Positions 37,380-47,450 are shown, counted from the stretch's first letter. The stretch is 64,000 bases of DNA from Candidatus Bathyarchaeota archaeon RBG_16_48_13 (GCA_001775995.1 MEZH01000007.1:46934-110933), one strand, 5' to 3'. Notes: generated from the sequence alone by a model not told the origin. Made by a program: numbers and translations.

Positions 37380-38336
37380 CTAGGGGGCCGTCAACTTAAT
37401 GGGCTTCTCTAGTCTACTCATAAGAATCACCTTGCTCTCTCGACATTCATCGATCAGATTATAGCCGGTTTCATTGGCTAAATCTTTCGAGAAGTCCTTG
37501 ATCTCTTCGTGTGTTGGCATGTTCTCAAACTTCAACCTGCGCCGAGATGACCCGACGTACACATAGCCCTTGGGTTCTACGTACGTTGGATTCGCCCTCT
37601 TTATCAAGTTGGCAAAACCCTTCGGATCACGCATGTTCAGGCCACGGACCAAGGTCAGCCTGAGGACGGTGGGGCAGCTGAAGGACGGGAGGAGATCAAG
37701 GGTTCTGATTAGGTTTGGCCAAAGATTTGGAAGTTGCGGCCTGCAGACTTCCTTGAAGATGTTTTCATCAGGTCCGTATACCGAGACGTAAAGTTGTGAG
37801 GGTGCCTTGATTTTCTCCAAGGCTTTCGGGATCGTGCCATTCGTGACCAAGAAGGTTGTGAAGCCTCTTTTATGGAAAATCTCCAAAAGAGAGCTCAGTT
37901 TTGGGTAAAGGGTGGGCTCTCCGTCAAGGCTGATGGCTGCGTGTTTTGGGTTGAGGGCCTCATTATAGATCTTCATATCGAGGTTCGTGTGGCTTTTGTA
38001 GCCGCTCAGTATCTTGCGATGAGCTAGTATGGATTCATCCACGATCGTTTCAGGGTCATCCATCAAGGGCAGCTTCGTTTCTACCCAAGATATTTTGAGG
38101 TCGCTTGGTTGCACCCTCCAGCAGAACTGGCATTGCATGGTGCAGTGCGCGACTGTGGGGGTCATCTGAAGACAACGGTGTGTTTGGATTCCGTAGAATT
38201 TCTGTTTGTAGCATGCTCTATTTTCAGTCAATTTCATGTGAAGCCATCGACATTTTTTCACAGCCGAGTGGTGACCCACTAGTTGATATTTCTGGCTTCT
38301 GAGCGTCGTCCGAAGCTCGGCGGGCAGGATTGACAT
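37380..38336 (-). CDS. taw1: 4-demethylwyosine synthase (radical SAM Tyw1/Taw1)
   Basis: HSAVKKC.W, CYKQKFYGI..HRCLQMTP, CTMQCQFCWR, HAAISLDGEPTLYP, FLVTNGT, EPKGYVYVG.SR. Confidence 0.93.
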   Translation of the reverse strand: MSILPAELRTTLRSQKYQLVGHHSAVKKCRWLHMKLTENRACYKQKFYGIQTHRCLQMTPTVAHCTMQCQFCWRVQPSDLKISWVETKLPLMDDPETIVDESILAHRKILSGYKSHTNLDMKIYNEALNPKHAAISLDGEPTLYPKLSSLLEIFHKRGFTTFLVTNGTIPKALEKIKAPSQLYVSVYGPDENIFKEVCRPQLPNLWPNLIRTLDLLPSFSCPTVLRLTLVRGLNMRDPKGFANLIKRANPTYVEPKGYVYVGSSRRRLKFENMPTHEEIKDFSKDLANETGYNLIDECRESKVILMSRLEKPIKLTAP

Positions 38337-38410
38337 AATCGTCTAGCCCTTTTTCCTGAAGAAAGTTGCCCACAAAGAGAAAATGGGGATGGTCTGAGGA
38401 AGGCATCTGC

Positions 38411-39025
38411 CTACTTTATTGGAGCAGACTCCTCTTCGATGCCGTTGTTGGTTATCACCAATATGTCCGCGCCTTCGCCGCTGGCTATGTCCCGGGCCAC
38501 AGCAGATTTGAGGCTTCTCATGACTAGATCTCTGGCTTCCTTCAGAGACATATTGTCCTTGTAGTCAGCTTCCAGCATCCCTATTGCGATCTCCGCACCA
38601 GATCCAACACAGGCAAACTTGTCGGGAATAACTGAACCGAGAGGATCTAGGACGTGTAGACTTGGACCGCCCTCATCTACTCCTCCGATGATTGTCTGAG
38701 TCAGCATGGGATAAAGGCGTCTCTCGAAGAGGAGGCTAGACATCAACTTAGCCACAGACTTCACTGACATCGGTCGGTTGTGCTCTAGGATGTACAGACT
38801 CGAGTAGGCTGAGACCTCTCGGATGAGTACCTGCATATCAGAGATTAACCCTGCGCAGGCAGCACCCACGTTATCGGTGAGTTTGAACACCTTTCTACCT
38901 GATTTGCTCATTATGAAGTAACCGTAGGAAACCCTTCGCTCAGAGGCCAATATGACGCCCTCTTTGAAGAGGAGCCCGATGGTTGTGGCGCCAGGAATCG
39001 CGAACTGTTCACCCAAGGATGACAC
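38411..39025 (-). CDS. psmB: Proteasome beta subunit, probably non-catalytic paralog
   Basis: PGATTIG (Ala at the Thr1-equivalent position), ILASERR, GLISD, DPLGS, VGSG..IA.G, RDIASG. Confidence 0.88.
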   Translation of the reverse strand: MSSLGEQFAIPGATTIGLLFKEGVILASERRVSYGYFIMSKSGRKVFKLTDNVGAACAGLISDMQVLIREVSAYSSLYILEHNRPMSVKSVAKLMSSLLFERRLYPMLTQTIIGGVDEGGPSLHVLDPLGSVIPDKFACVGSGAEIAIGMLEADYKDNMSLKEARDLVMRSLKSAVARDIASGEGADILVITNNGIEEESAPIK

Positions 39026-39114
39026 TCCAATGACTTAAAGGGTTAATAAAACCGTGTTTATTAAAGGTTACATATAGCGGTTTACCGCCCTCCGAATTTC
39101 CTAGGAAAGTTCTT

Positions 39115-39393
39115 ATGGCAACAAAATTGACGAATCGAGCCTTCTTGAACAAGATATTCTGGGATACCAGGGAAGACCCGAGAGATTACCTATTAGCCTT
39201 CGTTCATAGAGGAGACCTGATGGATAGAAGGATTATACCGCTGGAAAGGATCAAGCACCTGGAGCCATCTGGCTTCATCTACGAGGGCGATGAGGGAGAG
39301 ACATTTATTCCATATCATCGAATTATCGAGGTCAAAGACATTAGGGATGGCAAAGTAGTTTGGTTCAGCAGAAGGACGCAAACAAAGAGATGA
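39115..39393 (+). CDS. DUF504 family RNA-binding protein
   Basis: LNKIFWD, FVHRG, IPYHRIIEV motifs. Confidence 0.8.
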   Translation: MATKLTNRAFLNKIFWDTREDPRDYLLAFVHRGDLMDRRIIPLERIKHLEPSGFIYEGDEGETFIPYHRIIEVKDIRDGKVVWFSRRTQTKR

Positions 39394-40400
39394 GACAGCC
39401 CTTTGCGGGATTGAGGACAATCCTCTCGAGCAAGGAGTTGTTGGACTTCGCCTTTAGCCGGGCGAAGAAGGAGGCTATGAAGGTCTCCGCGAAATTGCCT
39501 AAGGAGATCATGGTAAGAAGAAAAGAGACAACACGGATAGAGACCGCGGGCAAAGCCCTCGTGGAGAAGCTCCAGAGCGTGTTGGAGGATATGCCGCAGC
39601 TCGATGACCTGCCGCCCCTTTATAGGGAGCTGGCTGACACTGTGGTCGGCGTTCAGTCCTTAAAGAAGAATCTTGGAGCGTTGAAGTGGGCCGCGATTAC
39701 CGTGGGGAACATAGCCAAATCATATTCACGAAGAACCAGAGTCGCTGATGGAATTGATGAAGCATCAAACGCAAGGAGGAGCGCATACGGTCGAATATCC
39801 TCGGTAATAAAGCAGATCTCGGGGAACCTTGATTACCTCAGGGATTCGAGATCAAAGCTGGCGAAGCTGCCAACGTTCTCCACAGACGTTCACACTTTGG
39901 TGGTGGCGGGATATGCAAATGTGGGGAAAAGTAGCTTGGTTAAACAGATCTCTTCAGCCAAACCAGAGGTCGACTCATACCCGTTTACAACCAAGGAGAT
40001 AATGGTGGGTCACGGCAGAGTTGGGGAAAGGCTGTACCAAGTGGTTGACACCCCTGGCCTCTTGGATCGGCCGCTGAAGAACAGAAACAAGATCGAGCTT
40101 CAGGCTATCTTAGCTCTAAGATACCTCGCCAATTGCATAATCTTCCTGCTAGACCCAAGTGAGACCTGTGGTTATTCAATGGAGAAACAGTTAAACCTCT
40201 TCAAGGAGATAGATGAGGAGTTCCCTGATACCCCGAAGATAGTCGCCATGAACAAAATAGATCTTGCTGAGAAGGAGGCGTTGGAGAAGATAAAAGCCAT
40301 GTTCCCTGAGGTTTACCCACTATCAGCTCTTACGAATGAGGGAGTAAGGAATGTACTGGAGGCAGCTTTGTCGAAGGCGGGTAACATAAATCTAGGCTAG
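39390..40400 (+). CDS. NOG1 family GTP-binding protein
   Basis: AGYANVGKSS, YPFTTK, DTPGLLDRP..RN.IE.QA, NKID; ATGA overlap with DUF504. Confidence 0.9.
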   Translation: MRQPFAGLRTILSSKELLDFAFSRAKKEAMKVSAKLPKEIMVRRKETTRIETAGKALVEKLQSVLEDMPQLDDLPPLYRELADTVVGVQSLKKNLGALKWAAITVGNIAKSYSRRTRVADGIDEASNARRSAYGRISSVIKQISGNLDYLRDSRSKLAKLPTFSTDVHTLVVAGYANVGKSSLVKQISSAKPEVDSYPFTTKEIMVGHGRVGERLYQVVDTPGLLDRPLKNRNKIELQAILALRYLANCIIFLLDPSETCGYSMEKQLNLFKEIDEEFPDTPKIVAMNKIDLAEKEALEKIKAMFPEVYPLSALTNEGVRNVLEAALSKAGNINLG

Positions 40401-41471
40401 TGTAGAGAGATTTTTTATTCCTTTTCCCTCAATTCTGATGGTGGCTGGTTCGCCTTCCCTCCCCTCGATCTGAAATTCGATGCCGAGAATTTTCTTGCTT
40501 ATTTCAAGGCAGGTCACAGTGTGAAGGGTCAGTTGGGTTGTTCGCAAGACTGATACACCGTCAGCCATGGCTGCCCAAACGATCAATTGATCTGCCAAGT
40601 GCAAGTCAACAGCCGCTCCTGTAGAGAATTGGCTCAAGAGTCCTTCTGCGACATCCATTCCAGTCTTCTGATCAGAGGCTCCTTTTCTTCCTAAGGCGTC
40701 GTTGGCGAACAGCATGCCAGAGGTGGTCTCAGCAAATAAGAAGATACCGCTCCCTTCGTTCAAGGCACATTGCGATTCCCAAGATTTTCGGCTCTCATTT
40801 TCAATGGATATGTCTTGGTATCCCGCGCGTCTCAGAACGGCCTCGGCACCACTGGTCAAACCCTCGGTCACACTTGGAGGAAGCCTAGAACTAAACGAGA
40901 ACCCTCTGATCTTGATGACCCTACCCAGGTCCGTCAGCGTCAGGGGGCTTAATCTCCTGATTGGCTTTGATATTGCCTTGATTATACCTCCACCCTTCGG
41001 ATAAAACCCTCTCTTCGTCATCCCCACGGATGCCTCGTACCCCAGCCTCTTGAGGGTTGGCACAAGAACGCATTGCATGAACTCAACGGGAGGAGCGAAT
41101 GGATTATTCGTGCCTCCTTTAACCCGGATAGTGACTTCTCCAGGTGTGTAGGCTAGGGAGGGCATGAGAGCTTGGAGGACGAGAGTGGTGCTGCCAGCAG
41201 TCCCAATGTCGAAGAAGAAGTCGCCTTCTCGGAGTTGATGCGGGACAAATTCTAATTCTTTCGAACCCAGTTGGAGACCTTTAACCTCGGCATTTGAGAT
41301 TTGTGCGACGGCCTTCACGGCGACGAAGTGCTGAGGTTGTAGGCCGGGCCGCGTCCTCTTAGATCTTATGTTGATGATTTTCACGGGCTTTCCGGTGGCA
41401 GCTGAAAGGGCAACTGAAACCCTTAGAATCTGACCCCCACCTTCCAAGATGCTACCGTCGATGACTTTCAG
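40392..41471 (-). CDS. rtcA: RNA 3'-terminal phosphate cyclase, probable CTG start
   Basis: IDGS.LEGGGQILR, IRSKR.RPGL.PQH, GSTTLVLQ, GGTNNP, RGFYPKGGG, D.HLADQL. Confidence 0.92.
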   Translation of the reverse strand: MKVIDGSILEGGGQILRVSVALSAATGKPVKIINIRSKRTRPGLQPQHFVAVKAVAQISNAEVKGLQLGSKELEFVPHQLREGDFFFDIGTAGSTTLVLQALMPSLAYTPGEVTIRVKGGTNNPFAPPVEFMQCVLVPTLKRLGYEASVGMTKRGFYPKGGGIIKAISKPIRRLSPLTLTDLGRVIKIRGFSFSSRLPPSVTEGLTSGAEAVLRRAGYQDISIENESRKSWESQCALNEGSGIFLFAETTSGMLFANDALGRKGASDQKTGMDVAEGLLSQFSTGAAVDLHLADQLIVWAAMADGVSVLRTTQLTLHTVTCLEISKKILGIEFQIEGREGEPATIRIEGKGIKNLSTLA

Positions 41472-41586
41472 GTTGAACCCTCCTTGAGAAAAACCAGACC
41501 TTTTCTCGCGCTTATGACCTTTCTTGGAAAGGATAAATATCTGTTTTCCAGGATAATTGACATTAAAGTATTACGCAGAGGTTTAG

Positions 41587-42528
41587 ATGTTGGAATCCTT
41601 AGATAAAGCCGTGTTGAAGAAGGCCATAAGAAAGGCGGCCAGGTGGTCGTGGAGACTTCGGAACAAAGATTTTGGGTGGGGAAACGACGCCGTTGTGATA
41701 AGGGATTCATACGTGCTGGATGGCGCTGAACTCATGGCTGGACTCATGAAGGCGGGAATCAGTCCGCGCAGCAGCAAGATGAAGCAGAGCTTAGAATGGG
41801 TCAAGAAGGAGCTGACTGCCAAGGACAAGTGGTGGATAAAGAGTCCTGAGGCATCCAAGTTCTTCTTATGGCCTGTGTTCGTATTATTGCTAGCTAAGGA
41901 GCCTGCCAGCTCGCCAGTGATCTCCCAAGCATTGTCAGAACTGAGGCAGTTTAAGGTCTCAGGAAGAGGTTGGAATAATGCTCTTGGAGGTGACAGCAAT
42001 ATCTACGTCACAGCTCTGGCCTTGATCTGCCTGCCAAATATTTCGGCCACAGCCGAAGACCTGAAGGAGGCGAAAGCCTGGCTTATGTCGGTCCAGAACC
42101 AAGATGGCAGTTGGGGATACTATCCAACGTGGAGGGGGGAGAACATATGCACTTCAATTTCTACTTGGGGTTTGATTGAGGCTGGTGAGAAGGACTCCAA
42201 AGCTGTAAAGAAGGCGACCCAATGGCTTCTCGCCTCCCAGAGGAGAGACGGCCACTGGCAACTTAACTATGAGGTGGGTGCTATGGATGGCCACGGCGAC
42301 GCTTATATTCACTTCAGCACGCCATGGACTCTGACGGCTCTCCTGAAGAGCGGGATGAAGGCCACGGACGAACCCATAGTAAGAGGAATGAAGTATCTTA
42401 TGAGCTTCCAAGACAAGAATGGTGGATGGCCTGCCACAGATATATCAATCTTAGCAGAGAGGTTGACCCGCACGACCTGGGCAACTGGAAACGCTCTAAT
42501 GGCCATAGCAGCGTATCTCAAAGCCTGA
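41587..42528 (+). CDS. Prenyltransferase / squalene-cyclase repeat (QW-motif) alpha-alpha toroid protein
   Basis: Repeats WLMSVQNQDGSWG, WLLASQRRDGHW, YLMSFQDKNGGWP; no DxDD cyclase motif. Confidence 0.7.
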   Translation: MLESLDKAVLKKAIRKAARWSWRLRNKDFGWGNDAVVIRDSYVLDGAELMAGLMKAGISPRSSKMKQSLEWVKKELTAKDKWWIKSPEASKFFLWPVFVLLLAKEPASSPVISQALSELRQFKVSGRGWNNALGGDSNIYVTALALICLPNISATAEDLKEAKAWLMSVQNQDGSWGYYPTWRGENICTSISTWGLIEAGEKDSKAVKKATQWLLASQRRDGHWQLNYEVGAMDGHGDAYIHFSTPWTLTALLKSGMKATDEPIVRGMKYLMSFQDKNGGWPATDISILAERLTRTTWATGNALMAIAAYLKA

Positions 42529-42573
42529 GAGGATCCAGTGGGTCCTTTCTCACATCCCTTTTCTCCTGACGCC

Positions 42574-43092
42574 TCATATATTCTCCATTTGATAAATCCC
42601 TGAGTAAGTCTCCTTGACAGGCTTCGTCGTCTTGAAGAAGATGAGCTGAACGATTCTAGCGTTTCTTTTTATCTTTAGTCCATTAGGGTTGAAGACGGTG
42701 AGGAGGGACGTGCTTCTTCCTGTGTAGCCGCTGTCCCAGATCGCGCTCTTCGCTGAGGCGCCACATCTGAGGAGGGTGGAACGGGGAAAGGCGAAAGCGA
42801 TCAAGTCGTTTGGGATGTTTACCACTTCGTTGAACACTATTTTATAGGCTCCCTGATTTAGGAAGACGTAGTCGTCCTGCTCGAATTCCATCTTTTCTGT
42901 CTGAGCCAACACCCTGGAGGCATTGTTGAAGTCGATTACCCCCGCGGACCTGAATTCTTCCACCATTCTAACGGTGAGGTCTATGCCGTCCGGACCGACC
43001 TGCAAATATGGATCTATCATTCCCTCTACCAAAGGTGGTTGCTTTCTTAGGAGCTCAGCCAGGTCTTCCTTCGTCAAAAGGCTTCCAGACAT
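42574..43092 (-). CDS. dut: Trimeric dUTPase (archaeal dCTP deaminase/dUTPase family)
   Basis: QVGPDGIDLT, FPRSTLLRCG, WDSGYTGR, RIVQLIF, YSGIYQ. Confidence 0.85.
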   Translation of the reverse strand: MSGSLLTKEDLAELLRKQPPLVEGMIDPYLQVGPDGIDLTVRMVEEFRSAGVIDFNNASRVLAQTEKMEFEQDDYVFLNQGAYKIVFNEVVNIPNDLIAFAFPRSTLLRCGASAKSAIWDSGYTGRSTSLLTVFNPNGLKIKRNARIVQLIFFKTTKPVKETYSGIYQMENI

Positions 43093-43160
43093 TTTGATCA
43101 ACGGTACTAAAAGATAAGAGCCACAAATATAATTCTTATAGTATGTCGAGGCGAGGAGCA

Positions 43161-43721
43161 ATGTTCACCATTCTCTTGGACAAGGTCGGCAAGGTCGTTG
43201 TCGGGGCGTTAGTTGATGACAGGGGCAGGGTTTGGTCAACGACCATGACAGAAAAAGGGAGAAAGGAGGCGAGCGACTCCCTTCTGCGAAGTCTGCCCAT
43301 AGGGGCATACTTCAGAGAAGAAAGGAACGAGATGAATGAGAAGATTCTGGATAGCCTGAAACGGGCCGTAATGGGACGTGAATTTGTTAACGAGTACGAG
43401 CTGGTGATGGATCGAATACCAAGTTTCCACAGGAAGGTCTACGAGACCTTGCGAAAAATCCCTCGAGGAAGGGTAATATCCTATGGAGAGCTTGCCAGAG
43501 CATCAGGTTCGGAGGGAGCAGCCCGTGCCGTTGGGAACGCAATGCGTGACAATCCTTTTCCTCTGATAGTCCCGTGTCATAGAGTCATAAAATCCAACCT
43601 TGAACTCGGAGGATTTGGGGGAGGAGAGGATCTGAAAAAGAGGATCCTCGCGAGCGAGGGGATAGTCTTTAAGGAGAGAATGGCTGATAAAGCCTCTTTG
43701 ATCAAACATGGAGAAGTGTAG
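43161..43721 (+). CDS. ogt: Methylated-DNA--protein-cysteine methyltransferase
   Basis: IPRG.VISYGELA, ARAVGNAM..NP..LIVPCHRVI, GGFGGG..K..L..EG. Confidence 0.9.
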   Translation: MFTILLDKVGKVVVGALVDDRGRVWSTTMTEKGRKEASDSLLRSLPIGAYFREERNEMNEKILDSLKRAVMGREFVNEYELVMDRIPSFHRKVYETLRKIPRGRVISYGELARASGSEGAARAVGNAMRDNPFPLIVPCHRVIKSNLELGGFGGGEDLKKRILASEGIVFKERMADKASLIKHGEV

Positions 43722-43731
43722 TAAGACGAAG

Positions 43732-44250
43732 ATGAGAAGAGGTCTCTATGTTGGTCGTTTTCAGCCCTTCCACAAGGGCCATCTGAAGGTCGTAGAACTT
43801 CTTCTAAGAAAAGTGAACGAGTTGGTGATAGTCATTGGAAGCGCTCAGTATAGCCACCAACTCGATAACGTCTTTACCGCTGGGGAACGTATCACAATGA
43901 TCAAGGAGGCTCTGGATGAGGCAAAGCTTGACTCGTGCAGATGCTACATAGTTCCCCTGATTGACACTATGGTTCACAGCATATGGGTATCCCACGTCGT
44001 GTCTTACGTGCCAAGGTTCGACGTTGTGTTCACCAACGAATCCCTTACGAGGAGACTCTTCAAGGAAGCTGGCTTCGATGTTAAGGCGATACCAAAGTAC
44101 GAACGGAACGTTTACTCCTCCACCGAAGTCAGGCGACGCCTTGTCAAGGCCGAAAACTGGGAGGAGCTAGTGCCAAAGGCCGTGGCCAGGTATATCAAAA
44201 GCATAGATGGCGTTGAGAGGCTGAGAGACCTCCTCAAGTCTGACAAGTAA
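43732..44250 (+). CDS. nadM: Nicotinamide-nucleotide adenylyltransferase
   Basis: GRFQPFHKGH, IGSAQYSH...N.FTAGER, SSTEVR, W.ELVP. Confidence 0.92.
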   Translation: MRRGLYVGRFQPFHKGHLKVVELLLRKVNELVIVIGSAQYSHQLDNVFTAGERITMIKEALDEAKLDSCRCYIVPLIDTMVHSIWVSHVVSYVPRFDVVFTNESLTRRLFKEAGFDVKAIPKYERNVYSSTEVRRRLVKAENWEELVPKAVARYIKSIDGVERLRDLLKSDK

Positions 44251-44283
44251 CAAACTTAACTTAAAGAAGCGCATGATGTACAA

Positions 44284-45099
44284 TTGGCTGAGAAGAGTAG
44301 ACTGATAGTCGCGATTTTGACCGATTTTGGCCAACAGAGTTGGTACGTGCCGGCAATCAAAGGCGTCCTCCTCACCATCTGTCCCGATGCGAGAATAGTT
44401 GACTTGAGCCTCCAGGTGCCGCGCCAAGACGTGCTAGCTGGTGCGTTCATTTTGGGTTTTTCCTCAGTATATTATCCGAGAGGCACGGTTTTTCTCTGCA
44501 TCGTGGATCCCAGCGTCGGCACTGATAGGAATCTGATCATTATGGAAAGCGATGAGAGACACTATTTTGTCGCGCCCGACAATGGCCTTCTGACATTCGT
44601 TGCTAAACGGGAGGGGATCAGAAAAATCGTGAAGATAACGAACCGGAAATATATGCTCAGAGAGATCTCTCGGACATTTCATGGAAGAGACATTTTGGCT
44701 CCCGCTGCAGCTTATCTAACTAGGGGAGAACCGTTAGAGAAATTTGGGCCCAAAGTAAAGAAAATTGTCAGGCTTGACATTGAGGAGCCGCGTGTCGAGA
44801 ATGGAACAGTTAGAGGCAAAATTATCTTCGTAGACGACTTCGGCAATATGATCACCAACATAGGTGAAGCTATTCTGAAGAAGGCGGACATAAAATCTGG
44901 GACAGAGATCTCAGTGATGTTCACCCCTTTCAGTGAGATGATGCTCTTCTGCCAAACCTACGATGATGTGAAGGCGGATAAACCTCTGGGCCTCATAGGA
45001 AGCACGGGCTTCTTTGAGATTTCCGTGAATCATGGAGACGCGGCCAAGAGATACCACGCATATCCGGGATCTGATGTGATAATTGCTGTCAAAGTCTGA
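44284..45099 (+). CDS. SAM hydroxide adenosyltransferase (DUF62, chlorinase/fluorinase family)
   Basis: LTDFG, VDPSVGTDR, FVAPDNGLL, TFHGRDILAPAA, VDDFGN.ITNI, GS.GFFEISVN.G.AA. Confidence 0.88.
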   Translation: MAEKSRLIVAILTDFGQQSWYVPAIKGVLLTICPDARIVDLSLQVPRQDVLAGAFILGFSSVYYPRGTVFLCIVDPSVGTDRNLIIMESDERHYFVAPDNGLLTFVAKREGIRKIVKITNRKYMLREISRTFHGRDILAPAAAYLTRGEPLEKFGPKVKKIVRLDIEEPRVENGTVRGKIIFVDDFGNMITNIGEAILKKADIKSGTEISVMFTPFSEMMLFCQTYDDVKADKPLGLIGSTGFFEISVNHGDAAKRYHAYPGSDVIIAVKV

Positions 45100-45408
45100 T
45101 TTCTGCTTCGGAATGACCCACAATCTGATGCTTATGTCAAGAAAAGGCAGGTGAAACGTAATCTCAATTCCACTCTTGGTGGATTCCAACGTCTTTTTTG
45201 AGGGATTATCTCTAAGGAGTTGGATTGTTTCTCAAAACACAACACAATCTCAACAGGACTATATCGACGAGTTGCCATTGAGATACTTTCTGATCAATTC
45301 ACCATCAATTGGGAGAATCGATTCAACTTCTAGTCTCCGATCGTTGTTAGGCATATCTCTTAAATAGCTTTCACATAGTATTTGTTTACAAAATCTGAGG
45401 GGTTTGGT

Positions 45409-46596
45409 ATGAGCTCTCAATCGCAGCAAAGAGGAGAACTTGAGTCAGCGCTCGCAAAGAGACAGCTGATCATGCTACCCGGACCAACGAATGTCCCTGA
45501 CAGAATCCTAAGCGCAATGTCTAAGCCAATGATAAACCATAGAGGACCCGAGTTTAGGGAGCTCCTCACCCGGATTTCCCAGAATGCCCAATACGCCTTC
45601 CAGACTAAGAAGGACGTTTTCGTCTTCTCCTCCTCGGGGACAGGGGGGGTAGAGGCAGCATTTCAAAACATAATATCGCCCGGCGACAAGGTCCTGGTGC
45701 CGGTCTTCGGCCTCTTCAGCCAGAGGATGAAGGAGATCATAGAGGTTTGTGGGGGTGTTCCCGTGGAAATCACCTGTGAATGGGGCAGCGGACCGACTCC
45801 AAGCCAAGTTGAAGAGAAGATCAAGAAAGAGAAGGTGAAGGCAGTAGGACTTGTCTACAATGAGACGTCTACGGGTACCACCGTAAGGGGCTTGAAAGAG
45901 ATAGCGAAGATAGCCAAGGACAATGGCGCGTTGATCGTTGTGGATGCCATCTCTATACTAGCTGGGGACGAGTGCCCCGTCGACAAATGGAACATAGATA
46001 TTTGCATCACCGGCAGTCAGAAGTGCCTGGCTGCACCCCCTGGAGTGGCACTGGTCTCAGTGAGCGAGGACGCCTGGAACACGGTAAGAAGGACAAAGAT
46101 AGGCTCGGTTTACTTCAGCCTGATTAATATGAAGGAATCTTTGGATAAGGGAGAGACCCCATTCACCCCCGCGATACCCGTATTCTATGCATTGGATGAA
46201 GCCCTATGCATGTTGATTGAGGAGGGGCTGGGGAACAGGATCAGGAGACATAGAATCTGCGCCGAAGCCTTTTATGCGGGGCTTCCGGCAATGGGGTTGA
46301 AGCTCTTCGCAGAAGATGCGTTCCGATCCAATATGGTCATAGCGGTAAGGAACCCGGATGGATTGGACGACAAGACATTCCTTACGAACCTCCGGAGGAA
46401 ATACAGAGTCATAATATCCGGGGGAATGGGGAAATTGAAAGGCCAGACCTACAGGATAGGAAACATGGGTTCCATATCGCCGGACGAAGTCATAACCACA
46501 ATAGGATGTATGGGAAGCGCTTTGATGGACGCTGGGATCAAAGCGGACGTTGGAGCAGGAATCTTGGCAGCCCGGGAAAAGTTCACGAATTACTAA
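45409..46596 (+). CDS. Class V aminotransferase (serine-pyruvate / alanine-glyoxylate type)
   Basis: MLPGPT.VP, HRGPEF, SSGTGGVEA, NETSTG, VDAIS, GSQKCLAAPPG, TPFTP, RIGNMG. Confidence 0.9.
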   Translation: MSSQSQQRGELESALAKRQLIMLPGPTNVPDRILSAMSKPMINHRGPEFRELLTRISQNAQYAFQTKKDVFVFSSSGTGGVEAAFQNIISPGDKVLVPVFGLFSQRMKEIIEVCGGVPVEITCEWGSGPTPSQVEEKIKKEKVKAVGLVYNETSTGTTVRGLKEIAKIAKDNGALIVVDAISILAGDECPVDKWNIDICITGSQKCLAAPPGVALVSVSEDAWNTVRRTKIGSVYFSLINMKESLDKGETPFTPAIPVFYALDEALCMLIEEGLGNRIRRHRICAEAFYAGLPAMGLKLFAEDAFRSNMVIAVRNPDGLDDKTFLTNLRRKYRVIISGGMGKLKGQTYRIGNMGSISPDEVITTIGCMGSALMDAGIKADVGAGILAAREKFTNY

Positions 46597-46634
46597 TGCG
46601 ATTGGTTTCCTTTTTCCCTTCTTGGAGATTTCAT

Positions 46635-47297
46635 ATGAAGGTTCTGGTGGCGTCAGACCTCCACGGGAATACGCGATTTGCCGCCAAATTAGTGAAGAGA
46701 GCTCTGGACGAAGAGATTGGGCTATTTGTCATTTGCGGCGACGTTACGAACTTTGGCACAGTGAACTTAGCCCTTAAAGTGTTGGACGTTTTTGCGGAGA
46801 CGAAGCTGCCAATCCTTTTCGTGCCTGGAAACTGCGACCCCAAAGAATTGGCTAATACGAAGACCAGAGATGGAATTCAATGCATACATCGCAGTAGTCA
46901 AGAATTCGGAGGCTACGAGTTCATGGGTCTGGGAGGATCCTCAACGACCCCATTTCGTACTCCCTTCGAACTGAGCGAGCCAGAGATCGAAGTAATGCTG
47001 GAAGACGCATACAACAACACGAACAGGCAGAAACCGCTAGTGTTGGTTAGCCACACCCCGCCCAGAGATACCTTGCTCGATAGAACGAAGTTTGGAATCT
47101 CCGCAGGAAGCGCTTCGGTTAGAAGGTTCATCCAAGAAAAGAAACCCGCAGCCGTCTTTTGTGGACACATACACGAATCTCGGAGTGTCGATTACTTGGA
47201 TTCGATACCCATGGTCAACCCAGGTCCAGCTTTTGATGGTTATTTCGCCATAGCTTGGCTTAAAGATGGGGTGCGGATCGAGTTGGAATGTCTCTGA
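46635..47297 (+). CDS. Calcineurin-like metallophosphoesterase
   Basis: SDLHG, CGDVT, VPGNCD, HTPP, CGHIHE, VNPGP. Confidence 0.88.
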   Translation: MKVLVASDLHGNTRFAAKLVKRALDEEIGLFVICGDVTNFGTVNLALKVLDVFAETKLPILFVPGNCDPKELANTKTRDGIQCIHRSSQEFGGYEFMGLGGSSTTPFRTPFELSEPEIEVMLEDAYNNTNRQKPLVLVSHTPPRDTLLDRTKFGISAGSASVRRFIQEKKPAAVFCGHIHESRSVDYLDSIPMVNPGPAFDGYFAIAWLKDGVRIELECL

Positions 47298-47350
47298 ACT
47301 GGCGACAAAACAAAGAATATATATTTGGTTCATTTCAAGTTCTTGACCGT

Positions 47351-47450
47351 GGGCTGGTCGTCTAGTCTGGTTAGGATATCCGCCTGACAGACCTTTTCTA
47401 GGTCCAAGAGACGCGGAAGGTCGCCGGTCCGAATCCGGCCCGGCCCACCA
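47351..47450 (+). tRNA. tRNA-Val(GAC) with 22-nt intron and encoded CCA
   Basis: Acceptor stem GGGCTGG/CCGGCCC, anticodon stem TCCGC/GCGGA, spliced loop CTGACAC, T-arm GCCGG-TCCGAAT-CCGGC. Confidence 0.9.
47389..47410 (+). other. tRNA-Val intron, probably at position 36/37
   Basis: BHB geometry: CCTG/CAAG central helix (one mismatch), bulges ACA and AGA, intron helix GACCT/AGGTC; a 37/38 junction gives the same mature sequence but no central helix. Confidence 0.7.

Noticed and set aside
45125-45367. Possible AbrB/PIN toxin-antitoxin remnant (MSRKGR..., LLVDSNVFF)
   Set aside because: Similarity is limited to a few residues and the other PIN acidic residues cannot be placed
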